Positions 19,333 to 27,519 are shown, counted from the stretch's first letter. The stretch is 41,167 nt of DNA from a virus (IMGVR_UViG_3300032321_000307:1-41167), one strand, 5' to 3'. Numbers and translations are program-made. Notes: generated by a model not told the origin, from the letters alone.

Positions 19333-20894
19333 AGCTCCAATTCCTCTCTATAAAGATCTACTAGTTTAGTGTGTAAATCTACTTTGCCTTGCAACATCTT
19401 ATACATTTTTCTTTCTACCTCTGAACCTTGTAAGTGAACGACTGTCATTTTATTAACCTGACCTACACGATCCATACGAGCAATACATTGTAGGTATGTT
19501 TCGACTGACATCACAGGAGACCAAAAGACAACTGTGTCCGCTCTAGTTAATGTCACACCATGTGATGCTGACTGTGGTTGAATAATTAACACACGTGGGT
19601 CATCCATAGATTGAAATTGATTAATAATACTTGCACGTTGGGTTGCTGATACACTGCCCTGTATAACTTGGTTATTAATACCTTTATCAGTTAAGTATCT
19701 TGTTAGTAGTTCTATAGTGTGTCTAAATGGCACAAAGATAATAATCTTATTCTCTGTTTCTTCTATAACTTCCATCAATGCATTAAGGCGTGGTGTAACA
19801 TCAAACTCTAATACTTCTTTTGTATCTGTATAAACTGCACCACCTGATATTTGTAATAACTTATTAAGACCAGCCGCAGCGTTCACTGCACTAATCTGTG
19901 TACCAGCTGCTTCAATCATCATCTGATCTTTTAATTGTCTATAATATTTTTGTACTTGCGGAGTTAATGGTATGTCTCGTGTTTGATACATGACATCAGG
20001 TAAGTCAAGACACTCATCTTTAGCGAAGCGAATAGCAGGTTGTAATACTTTGAATACTTCATGACGTGCGTTAGTTTTAGGTACCCATTTAAAACGTGTC
20101 ACTTGTTGCATAACTTTATCACGCCAAGCCATAGCAAATTTAGGTACGTTCTGCGGACACACAAGTTTAGCTAGGCCGTATGCATCGACAGGAGATTGTG
20201 AAGCCGGTGTGCCTGTCATCATCCATAACCTTGTTTCAGGTTTAAGTATTTTAGCTAGAGTTTTCCATCTCGTAGTGCTTGGTGTTTTATACGCGTTAGC
20301 TTCGTCAATAATAATTAAATCAAATTTACCTGCTCTAATTTCATCAGCAACAATTCTAACACCGTCATAATTAATAATAACAAACTCATACCCACCATTA
20401 ATAATCTTTGCACGTTTTTTAGAATCGCCATGTGCAACTGCAACTGAACGGTGCATAGCTGTATTTAGAATATCTGTTTGCCATGCTGAGAACATAATAG
20501 ATAAAGGACAAATAACTAATGCTCTTTTAACTTCGCCTAACGACATAAGATAATCAGTCGCCCAAATAACTGAAGAAGTTTTACCTGTACCAGCTTCGTT
20601 AAAACAAAATGCTCTTTGATGTACTGTCAAGAACTCTGCGGTGACTTTTTGGTGATCAAAGGGTTTATATAAACCGGGGTATTCGTAGTCACGTTTGATA
20701 GGTGATGGCAAGGTTTCTTTTAAATTAATTATCTGGTTGAGTCTAACCATTTCTGGTATACCCCAATACACTAACATTTCTGCAAGGTTATCTCTATACT
20801 GAAGTACTTCAGACTTAGGTATATGTTTAGTGATATGTGGAGCAATATGCTCTGACACTGTAATTTTTACTGCTTGATTTTGTATGATTTCCAT
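19329..20894 (-). CDS. SNF2-family (SF2) helicase
   Basis: 'PFDHQ', 'EAGTGKT', 'IIIDEAN', 'MTGTP', 'HGVTLT', 'ARMDRVGQ'. Confidence 0.92.
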   Translation of the reverse strand: MEIIQNQAVKITVSEHIAPHITKHIPKSEVLQYRDNLAEMLVYWGIPEMVRLNQIINLKETLPSPIKRDYEYPGLYKPFDHQKVTAEFLTVHQRAFCFNEAGTGKTSSVIWATDYLMSLGEVKRALVICPLSIMFSAWQTDILNTAMHRSVAVAHGDSKKRAKIINGGYEFVIINYDGVRIVADEIRAGKFDLIIIDEANAYKTPSTTRWKTLAKILKPETRLWMMTGTPASQSPVDAYGLAKLVCPQNVPKFAMAWRDKVMQQVTRFKWVPKTNARHEVFKVLQPAIRFAKDECLDLPDVMYQTRDIPLTPQVQKYYRQLKDQMMIEAAGTQISAVNAAAGLNKLLQISGGAVYTDTKEVLEFDVTPRLNALMEVIEETENKIIIFVPFRHTIELLTRYLTDKGINNQVIQGSVSATQRASIINQFQSMDDPRVLIIQPQSASHGVTLTRADTVVFWSPVMSVETYLQCIARMDRVGQVNKMTVVHLQGSEVERKMYKMLQGKVDLHTKLVDLYREELEL

Positions 20895-20901
20895 ATGTGT
20901 A

Positions 20902-20931
20902 ACTATATATTAGCTACATAATGTATGTCAA
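20902..20931 (-). promoter_or_regulatory. Putative sigma70 promoter for the helicase-primase operon
   Basis: TTGACA-N18-TATAGT on the - strand just upstream of the SNF2 start. Confidence 0.55.
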
Positions 20932-20942
20932 GTACTATTTTA

Positions 20943-21242
20943 CTATTTCTTTTTACGTTCTTTTTTGCTAGTTTCTGATACTAAGTTATGTTTAGAATCT
21001 CTTTTAAAAGATCTATTCTTCTTAGTGGGTTGAATAAAGTAACCATCCTTGTTTGAACCACCTTTGTCAAGCGCTTTCTTATGGGATACATCTTTACCCT
21101 CACGGATATCTGCCTCACCATTACCATTCTTATCAGGATATTTCTTATCAATTGCACGGCGAGCACGTTGACGTTCCATACGCTTCTTATGTTCAAGCGG
21201 GGAATCTTTATAGATAGGTCTAGGTTTATTTACGAAAGGCAT
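20943..21242 (-). CDS. Basic HNH-like protein
   Basis: 'GKDVSHKKALDKGGSN...KNRS' minimal beta-beta-alpha-like motif; very basic. Confidence 0.6.
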   Translation of the reverse strand: MPFVNKPRPIYKDSPLEHKKRMERQRARRAIDKKYPDKNGNGEADIREGKDVSHKKALDKGGSNKDGYFIQPTKKNRSFKRDSKHNLVSETSKKERKKK

Positions 21243-21255
21243 ACGCTATTATACA

Positions 21256-21912
21256 TTAACCTCTATGATAGTCACAAGTTTTTACTGGACAATATCCACA
21301 TAAGGGCGTAGGGTTACACGGCCATACATTCGTTTCAAATGCTTTGTCAAGCCTAGTTAAAGGCCCTTCAAATTTACCCCATGACTTCTCTATATCTTCC
21401 CGTTTATATTCTTCTGTAATAAAACTATTGTGCATCACAAATAGTAATCCGGCTTTAATCTTATTAACCTGTGGGAAGTGTGCAAAAGTCATAAGAGACA
21501 TCAAGCGTAATTGCTTAGCATCAGGATACTTATTACTTCCGGTTTTATAGTCAACAATGAAAGCATAGTCATTATCAACAATAAGCAAGTCAACAATGCC
21601 ACGTACCCAACGATCAGGATTATCAAACGCACAGGGCGTTTTGTCGTGACCCAAAGCCATCTGATACTCCGGATACTTTTGGCCAGGTATGGCAATAAGC
21701 TCATCAACTACTCCTTTAAATCTTATATAGTTTAACGCTAATTCTTTACCATCTTTTACATAGTCTTCTAAAGCTTTATGCACTTCTGTTCCGTAGATCA
21801 TCTTCTCTGACGGTATGACTACAAAGTTCTGAGCCACACGTATCTCATAGTATTTCTTAGGACACTTAATAAACTCATTTAAAGCCGAGTAAGACCATGT
21901 ATACTTAGCCAT
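21256..21912 (-). CDS. PD-(D/E)XK Cas4/RecB-like exonuclease
   Basis: 'WSYS....F..CP..Y', 'GIVDL', 'IVDYKTG', 'QL', C-terminal 'CGYCPVKTC'. Confidence 0.88.
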   Translation of the reverse strand: MAKYTWSYSALNEFIKCPKKYYEIRVAQNFVVIPSEKMIYGTEVHKALEDYVKDGKELALNYIRFKGVVDELIAIPGQKYPEYQMALGHDKTPCAFDNPDRWVRGIVDLLIVDNDYAFIVDYKTGSNKYPDAKQLRLMSLMTFAHFPQVNKIKAGLLFVMHNSFITEEYKREDIEKSWGKFEGPLTRLDKAFETNVWPCNPTPLCGYCPVKTCDYHRG

Positions 21913-22339
21913 CTGTATCCTCAAATTTATTACGTTTCTTTATATTTTCTATAGCGGGTATAACTTGTAAATTTTCAGGTATGTGAAGGCCTGATACATT
22001 TTTTCCTTGAAGTGGAATGATATGGTCTACGTGCCATGACATGCCTGTGCTTTTAGTTAAACTACTTGCCAACATATACAATGCTTTTATTTGTTTTTTA
22101 TTATTTTCAGTTAACCATGCGGGTAATCTATGTTTTTTTGCTAAGTTTCTTTTAGCATTTAATGCGTTAGCGTGGCCTCTATTTTTATCATACCATTGTT
22201 TTTGGTACTCTGATTCTTTTTCTTTATTACGGTAGTAATATGCTCTTCTCCATGCTTTTATTGCTTCTTTATTTTTTTCGTAACGTTTTTTACTACGTAA
22301 TCTATCACCAATTCTTTTTTCTTCAAGAGACAACGGCAT
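21905..22339 (-). CDS. Free-standing HNH homing-type endonuclease
   Basis: 'WHVDHIIPLQGKNVSGLHIPENLQVIPAIENIKKRN' with a basic helical N-terminus; start uncertain. Confidence 0.85.
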   Translation of the reverse strand: MPLSLEEKRIGDRLRSKKRYEKNKEAIKAWRRAYYYRNKEKESEYQKQWYDKNRGHANALNAKRNLAKKHRLPAWLTENNKKQIKALYMLASSLTKSTGMSWHVDHIIPLQGKNVSGLHIPENLQVIPAIENIKKRNKFEDTDG

Positions 22340-22349
22340 TTTATTAGGC

Positions 22350-22517
22350 TTACTTTTTAATAACTTCGCCCGTCGATTTATCAAGTTCGTACTCTGCAAG
22401 TTTAGGCTCTTCTTTTTTCTTCCTAAAAATTAAATCAAAGTTTTTTTCAAACTGCTCATTGTTTGGTTTAGATTGTAACCAATCCCCTGTTATATCATTT
22501 TGTGCTGTTTTTTTCAT
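22350..22517 (-). CDS. Small hypothetical protein, 55 aa (not in the ORF track)
   Basis: MKKTAQNDITGDWLQSKPNNEQFEKNFDLIFRKK...; GAGGT RBS; fills the gap. Confidence 0.6.
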   Translation of the reverse strand: MKKTAQNDITGDWLQSKPNNEQFEKNFDLIFRKKKEEPKLAEYELDKSTGEVIKK

Positions 22518-23010
22518 GTTCTTTTACCTCATTAACTAATTCTTCAAATGATAACGCATCTAAGTCTTCTTCAAACTCAATACTTAATATGTATCTTGTT
22601 GTTTCAAAATTATATACTGTGTGATTTACTTGTGTATTAAATAAATAGTAGGTCATGGGTTTATATTTAAGTTCTTCAATATCAAATACTGTGCCATGTT
22701 TATCAGGAGCAAATGCACATATACTTCTATCAAAAGGAGTTAACAACATATTGATACCAACACCTCGTCTAGTATCAGTGTGCCAATCGTAACAAACATA
22801 CGGATCTAATTTAAGAATACCTGCTATGAAGTTATGTTTAGTTAATAGCCATGCAAAGAATCTATCTTTAAATAGAAGATCAGGTGGTACTAGTTTAGCT
22901 TTAAAATTATAGTAATCCATCCATTCGCTAGGTTGCATAGCAAAGTCTAACAACTCAGATGATATTGTAGATTTTCTTTCTACTTCATAGTAACAATCAG
23001 CAGTCGCCAT
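22495..23010 (-). CDS. 2OG-Fe(II) oxygenase/cupin-like protein
   Basis: HxD in 'YDWHTD', distal His in 'LFNTQVNHTVYN', Arg in 'TRYILSI'. Start at MATAD with GGAG RBS. Confidence 0.7.
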   Translation of the reverse strand: MATADCYYEVERKSTISSELLDFAMQPSEWMDYYNFKAKLVPPDLLFKDRFFAWLLTKHNFIAGILKLDPYVCYDWHTDTRRGVGINMLLTPFDRSICAFAPDKHGTVFDIEELKYKPMTYYLFNTQVNHTVYNFETTRYILSIEFEEDLDALSFEELVNEVKEHEKNSTK

Positions 23011-24862
23011 AACTTTCTCCATAATGTGCTTCACAAGCGACGGGTAGCCCACTCGCCCAACCAGGAGGCGTTGACATAATGTCTACGATGAAGTCATTAG
23101 CTAACTTGACTTCGGGTGTTGGAACTACGCAGACTACCGCATCGTGAACAGTTAACACAGGACGATACTTCTTACTTACTTCTAACATTTGCTCACCCAC
23201 AATAATACGGGCAAGCGCTTGAACTACATTCTCTACTACTGATCCGCCCCATATAGATACCATACCTCTACGAGACTTATAAACAAATTTAGACTTAGCT
23301 TCTGATACATCCCATGTAAGACCGGGATACTGAATATAAAGTCCGTTGGGTAGTTTAATACCTTTTGGTGTAACTAATAAAGATTCATTACCTAAGTAAT
23401 ATGGTTTCTTATCTTTAGGCCATGATGCCATGTCTTGTAACGCGTCGTCACAATCACTCCACAACTTAATAACTTTATCATTAACTTCGCGATAAACTCT
23501 AACAAGATTCCTACATTCTTGCTCAGTAAGAATAGCCCCCGGCGGTGATGTCTTTAATGTATGTTGTAGCTTAGCCCATCCTGTACCATAGCCTAGGCCT
23601 AACGTACATGTCTTACCTACAAATCGTTCTGTCGCATCAGCTTTAGTAATTGGTCTAGCATATACTTTAGATGCAAACTCTGAGTAAACATCTCGTCCTT
23701 CCTTATACCACTGCACAATATCATCTTGTCCACTCAACCAAACTAATACACGCGCTTCAATCTGTGAAGAGTCGCAGTTAATTACTTGATGACCTTCAGG
23801 GGCTACGACTGCGTTCTTTAATGCTTTCTTTTTCTTATCTCTGGATGGTAAATTCTGGAAGTTAACCTTATCTGCTCCCGCCCAACGTCCTGTATGAGCG
23901 CCATAATATTTTAACGGAATAGGTAGTTTACCTTTGTTACGTGCACCAATACCAATAAACCTTTCAATGCGTGCCTCTTCCATGGTTGATTTAGTACCCA
24001 ACCGAACGCGACATAGTTCTTGAATAAATAAATCTTCGTGTTCAGTCAGTTCAATAAAGCCATTGTCGTTTTTAGCTAAGGCAAACGTAGGGTTTCCCGT
24101 TGCAGGACTTGTCTTCATTGGTACTTCTACGCCTAACTCGGTTAAGAGTTCTGCAAATTGTTTATTGGATGCTAACTTGGCTCTGACACATTCTTCTGAG
24201 TCACATTCTAATCGCTTCATTAAACCCTGTAACATCAAAGCTTTTTCTTCTCTTATTTCCTCAACTCTTTCTTGTAGTAATGCATCGTCAACCTCTAAGA
24301 CAGGCTCGGTATACATGCGTAACGTCATATCAATTAATTTGATTTCATTCTCAGGATAATCTTGTGCGAGGATTTGGAATAGTTTATACGTAAGTTCAAC
24401 ATCGTTGATACAATAATTTCCATATTGTAATAACTCATCTTCACTAAAATTTTCTAAGCGTTTGCCTTTGGCCTGAACTACTTCTGTGCCTTTAGCACCT
24501 AGTTCATATCGTTCGACTAACGATGCAAGACTTCCACCGGCATCGATTCCGTGTATTGCCCTAGCCATGCTGAGTGTGTCGAGGTAGAGATGTGGGATGA
24601 TATTAAAACGGAAAGACAATATACCACCATCGAACTGAGTATTATGACAGAGAAGCGCGGAGTTCTTCCAATCAATCTTCTCAAATTCATTCTTGATCTC
24701 TTGATGTGTGCCTGTAACCCACTTCGTAACACCACTATCAATCTTAATACCAACACCGATGACTTGGAATCTTTCATCTTTAATATATTCCTCCGTTGTA
24801 ATTCCGGATAAACTAAAACCTACATCGTAGTAGGTCTCAAAATCTAGTGTGACTAGTTGCAT
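22997..24862 (-). CDS. polA: Family A DNA polymerase with 3'-5' exonuclease
   Basis: ExoI 'LDFET', ExoII 'HNTQFD', ExoIII 'YCINDV', 'HTGRW', motif A 'DSSQIEAR', motif B 'RFVGKTCTLGLGYG', motif C 'VHDA'. Confidence 0.95.
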   Translation of the reverse strand: MQLVTLDFETYYDVGFSLSGITTEEYIKDERFQVIGVGIKIDSGVTKWVTGTHQEIKNEFEKIDWKNSALLCHNTQFDGGILSFRFNIIPHLYLDTLSMARAIHGIDAGGSLASLVERYELGAKGTEVVQAKGKRLENFSEDELLQYGNYCINDVELTYKLFQILAQDYPENEIKLIDMTLRMYTEPVLEVDDALLQERVEEIREEKALMLQGLMKRLECDSEECVRAKLASNKQFAELLTELGVEVPMKTSPATGNPTFALAKNDNGFIELTEHEDLFIQELCRVRLGTKSTMEEARIERFIGIGARNKGKLPIPLKYYGAHTGRWAGADKVNFQNLPSRDKKKKALKNAVVAPEGHQVINCDSSQIEARVLVWLSGQDDIVQWYKEGRDVYSEFASKVYARPITKADATERFVGKTCTLGLGYGTGWAKLQHTLKTSPPGAILTEQECRNLVRVYREVNDKVIKLWSDCDDALQDMASWPKDKKPYYLGNESLLVTPKGIKLPNGLYIQYPGLTWDVSEAKSKFVYKSRRGMVSIWGGSVVENVVQALARIIVGEQMLEVSKKYRPVLTVHDAVVCVVPTPEVKLANDFIVDIMSTPPGWASGLPVACEAHYGESYGDC

Positions 24863-24884
24863 GTATTTCCCTTAATAAATTAAT

Positions 24885-24965
24885 GCTATCTTATGCAAAC
24901 GACAGATAGCGGTGCCGTCAATTTATCTAACTCTTACTGAAGGAGTTAGACCACTTGCATTGTGG
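24885..24965 (-). ncRNA. Structured RNA unit B (proximal) in the polA leader
   Basis: CCAC-AAUGCAA-GUGG; hairpin UCUAACUC..GAGUUAGA; GACGGCAC; GCUAUCU-GUCGUUUGCAUA-AGAUAGC. Same architecture as unit A. Confidence 0.7.
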
Positions 24966-24972
24966 CGGAGTT

Positions 24973-25052
24973 ACTACCTTGTGCAATCGACAGGTAATGT
25001 GCCGTCCTATAATCCGACTTCGAGGAGGGAAGTCGCCCACTTGCACTATGGG
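24973..25052 (-). ncRNA. Structured RNA unit A (distal) in the polA leader
   Basis: CCCAU-AGUGCAA-GUGGG; CGACUUC..GAAGUCG; GACGGCAC; AUUACCU-GUCGAUUGCACA-AGGUAGU. G-U pairs work only on the - strand. Confidence 0.7.
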
Positions 25053-25062
25053 TTTGTATTGG

Positions 25063-25136
25063 TGAGCTACTCGCGGTTATATAATTGCAAAAATACCATC
25101 ACGAATTTATACATATAAATAAAGTGCTTTCGCTCA
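25063..25136 (-). ncRNA. Putative loop-E (S-turn)-containing RNA element
   Basis: UGAGC-GAAA-GC ... GC-GAGUA-GCUCA gives an AGUA/GAA internal loop flanked by helices. Confidence 0.4.
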
Positions 25137-25141
25137 TTAAC

Positions 25142-25399
25142 TTATTTCTTGTGCCTTTCATGTTCGTTTCTACATTCTACTGAACACCAACGTCTTGTAT
25201 CTTTTACAAGGTTACTACACCATAAACATTTGCCTGTATCATTAATTGGTGTTTCTGCCTGTGCATGTGCATTAGCTATTGCTACATCTACAATCTTTTG
25301 CGCGTATTCATTTGCTACATCTATATCGTCATCCAAAGAAAAATCTCCGCTTGTTCCTGTATTAGCTACAGGCTTATATATTAATTTGCTTAATCTCAT
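25142..25399 (-). CDS. TraR/DksA-like C4 zinc-finger protein
   Basis: DxxDxA ('DDIDVA'), helix, then 'CLWC...RRWCSVEC'. Confidence 0.7.
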   Translation of the reverse strand: MRLSKLIYKPVANTGTSGDFSLDDDIDVANEYAQKIVDVAIANAHAQAETPINDTGKCLWCSNLVKDTRRWCSVECRNEHERHKK

Positions 25400-25634
25400 T
25401 TTCTTTGCGGACTTTGAATCCGTTTATTCCCTTAAATTTCCTTGCCATCATCCATTTTTTAGATTTATTCATAGGCGGTGGCAGTGATATTAAACCTTTA
25501 CTTCGTAAATACTTTGCTCGTCTTTCATTTGTAATACATGCAGTATAAATTTCTTTTCTATATGCAGTAGGATTTTTAGTTATGTAGTCATTAATCCTTT
25601 TTGCCATTTTCATGTCATCTAGCAATGTATACAT
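25374..25634 (-). CDS. Hypothetical basic protein (possible winged helix)
   Basis: Co-oriented ORF overlapping both neighbours. Confidence 0.5.
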   Translation of the reverse strand: MYTLLDDMKMAKRINDYITKNPTAYRKEIYTACITNERRAKYLRSKGLISLPPPMNKSKKWMMARKFKGINGFKVRKENEIKQINI

Positions 25635-25822
25635 TAAAACAAACACTCCTCATAGTCATTTGTATCGAAAGGTTTAGGTTTCTCTACAATTAGTTTAATG
25701 ACTCTAACACAAGGATTATTATTTGTAAACCATTTTGCTTCCTTGACAGACCATCTAAATTTGCGTATGACTTCTCCATCATCATCTATCGTAGCATAGG
25801 TAAAAGGCATAGGCTCATGCAT
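25634..25822 (-). CDS. Hypothetical protein
   Basis: Co-oriented ORF with GGAG RBS. Confidence 0.55.
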   Translation of the reverse strand: MHEPMPFTYATIDDDGEVIRKFRWSVKEAKWFTNNNPCVRVIKLIVEKPKPFDTNDYEECLF

Positions 25823-25900
25823 ATTGTCCACTCCAATATATATCCAATACAAATTATCATTGTTGCTACAACGATACCATCTGTGACTGCTTGTAGTTTA

Positions 25901-26149
25901 TCAGAGACCGTTATTTGCATCGACTAATCTCTTTGTTGATTCTTTATAACTTTTGACTCCATCTAAACGTTCAGCTTTAGTGTCGTCTTTGTATAGGGGT
26001 GTTAGAACGATGTTATGTCGTTTAGTAGGAAGATCTCTAAACCAAGAAAGTTCTTTGGGGCGAGTCATCATGAGGGATGACCATATTAAATTACCCTGAC
26101 TATCATATTCTTCTAATGCCCATGCATATGGGACTTTATCTACTTGCAT
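25901..26149 (-). CDS. Hypothetical protein
   Basis: 'PYAW...TPLY' phage-type motif; GAGGAG RBS; overlaps the upstream gene. Confidence 0.6.
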   Translation of the reverse strand: MQVDKVPYAWALEEYDSQGNLIWSSLMMTRPKELSWFRDLPTKRHNIVLTPLYKDDTKAERLDGVKSYKESTKRLVDANNGL

Positions 26150-26519
26150 ATTTTCTCTCCTCGTGTTTATAAAATATTAACTGTGACCATTGAACGATAG
26201 GCTTCATTCTACTCCAAGATTTAGGTTTTTGTATAGTTGTATCATGAAAACTTATAGCACCATACGAGTAATCATATTCTTTTCCATGTAGTATCCGGTA
26301 TGCTAAGTCCATATATTCTCGACCTATTACCGAAGGAGGTTGTTTATATCCGTACCATGAAAACTGATAAGGCCTTCTCATTTCATAACATATTTGTTTC
26401 TTATCAAAGTCTGCTCTTCGATACAAGACATATCCTACGGCGATTTGAGCGGGTCTTGGTTGTGTAGAGCTTTCCATAAAAATGGTAGTAGCTAAGCAAA
26501 GTAATGCTTGATCAATCAT
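26136..26519 (-). CDS. SleB/Hydrolase_2-family cell-wall hydrolase
   Basis: 'CLA.TIF.ES', 'QIAV..V..R', 'IC......QFSW', 'GA..FH', 'IFY'; AAGGAGG RBS. Confidence 0.85.
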   Translation of the reverse strand: MIDQALLCLATTIFMESSTQPRPAQIAVGYVLYRRADFDKKQICYEMRRPYQFSWYGYKQPPSVIGREYMDLAYRILHGKEYDYSYGAISFHDTTIQKPKSWSRMKPIVQWSQLIFYKHEERKYASR

Positions 26520-26533
26520 GTTGACCTCCTTTT

Positions 26534-26565
26534 AAATGAGCGAAAGGTTTTGATACCTGTTCCCT
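26534..26565. repeat. 32-bp intergenic bipartite motif, copy 1 of 4
   Basis: AAATGAGCG-AAAGG-TTT-TGATACCTGTTCCCT. Confidence 0.9.
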
Positions 26566-26578
26566 CACTCGAATGAGT

Positions 26579-26836
26579 TTATTTTTTGATTTGAGTTATA
26601 TACTTGTTGAGTTCCACCGCATACCAAACGATCTTACCTGAGTCCTCTACGGGATCACCTTTAAGACCTATACGGCTTGTGTATTTGAGAATGTTGCCTC
26701 TGAGATAGCCAATGTATTCATCCGGCGACATCTTGGCTTTGATGTAGTCGATTGTTTCGATACCCCCGCTTGTGTAGTGTGGTGGGTGGTTTACCATATC
26801 TGTTGTAATCGGTGTTGCGCCTGCGCCTTGTGTCAT
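26579..26836 (-). CDS. DUF3310 (SaV / T7 gp1.7-like nucleotide kinase) protein
   Basis: 'DMVNHPPHY..GGIETIDYI...GNILKY..R...KG...ED..K..WY'. Confidence 0.88.
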   Translation of the reverse strand: MTQGAGATPITTDMVNHPPHYTSGGIETIDYIKAKMSPDEYIGYLRGNILKYTSRIGLKGDPVEDSGKIVWYAVELNKYITQIKK

Positions 26837-27120
26837 TATAGTCCTTTCATAATGGTCAGCAATTCGTTTATATTACCCTCATTTATCACCAAAGCCAAGC
26901 CCTGATTGTCTTTGATGAGTTTCATGTTGTGTTTTTGCAACAAAGTAGGTTCATTGTTTCCACTCTTACATTCAATACCAATGAAGTGTCCTTTGTAGCA
27001 TACGATGATATCAGGCACTCCTGACCTACCATATCCCGCAGTCATAGGGGAAAAGTGATAGGCCTTGAGGTCGTCTAATATCTTCTTAACTTGTTTCTTT
27101 ACTTTGCCTTCCGGTGTCAT
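26836..27120 (-). CDS. VRR-NUC nuclease / Holliday-junction resolvase-like protein
   Basis: 'TPEGKVK', 'GYGRSGVPDII.C..G.FIGIECK...PT.LQ'. Confidence 0.88.
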   Translation of the reverse strand: MTPEGKVKKQVKKILDDLKAYHFSPMTAGYGRSGVPDIIVCYKGHFIGIECKSGNNEPTLLQKHNMKLIKDNQGLALVINEGNINELLTIMKGL

Positions 27121-27237
27121 CACGTTCCTTTCGGTCAATACCCTTTGTTATCTTTTGTGCGTATGCTATCGCGTCCTCTAACGCACTATCTTCGAAGTAG
27201 CATTGTTCGTTTATAACATCATCGAGTGTTCTATCCA

Positions 27238-27519
27238 TTAGTCATCACACCTTCCACCAATACATGCTCGACCAATGATCTCGTCTTCTAGGTCGTTGTA
27301 TGCGTCAGCTTGAACAAGGTGATCTGCATGTTTCTTTTGTCTATCGAATAGACTATGAGTTGTTTCTAGCACCGAACACTTGACAACCAAGCCCTTCTCA
27401 CGCATTGGCTCGGCGATAATGGTTGCGATGTGATCACTTGGTTCTACACCCCATGTCTCTACTTGTTTTAAATATGCATCATCCATGGATACTTCTACTA
27501 CTACGCTAAACTTGGTCAT
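27238..27519 (-). CDS. Hypothetical protein
   Basis: GAGGA RBS, co-oriented; C-terminal 'CIGGRCDD'. Confidence 0.6.
   Translation of the reverse strand: MTKFSVVVEVSMDDAYLKQVETWGVEPSDHIATIIAEPMREKGLVVKCSVLETTHSLFDRQKKHADHLVQADAYNDLEDEIIGRACIGGRCDD

Noticed and set aside
21905-22339. HNH gene as part of a group I intron or intein
   Set aside because: The flanking genes, polA and terL appear intact and uninterrupted, so the HNH is free-standing.
24912-25118. 68-aa + strand ORF over the polA leader
   Set aside because: Antisense to the operon, no RBS, no recognisable motif; the region is better explained as structured RNA.
24885-25138. Identity with a known ribozyme (twister-sister, pistol, twister, hammerhead), prompted by UGCAAG and CGCUCAU words
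   Set aside because: The loop register and element order do not fit, CGCUCAU is on the opposite strand, and there is no CUGAUGA/GAAA core. An Rfam search is still needed.
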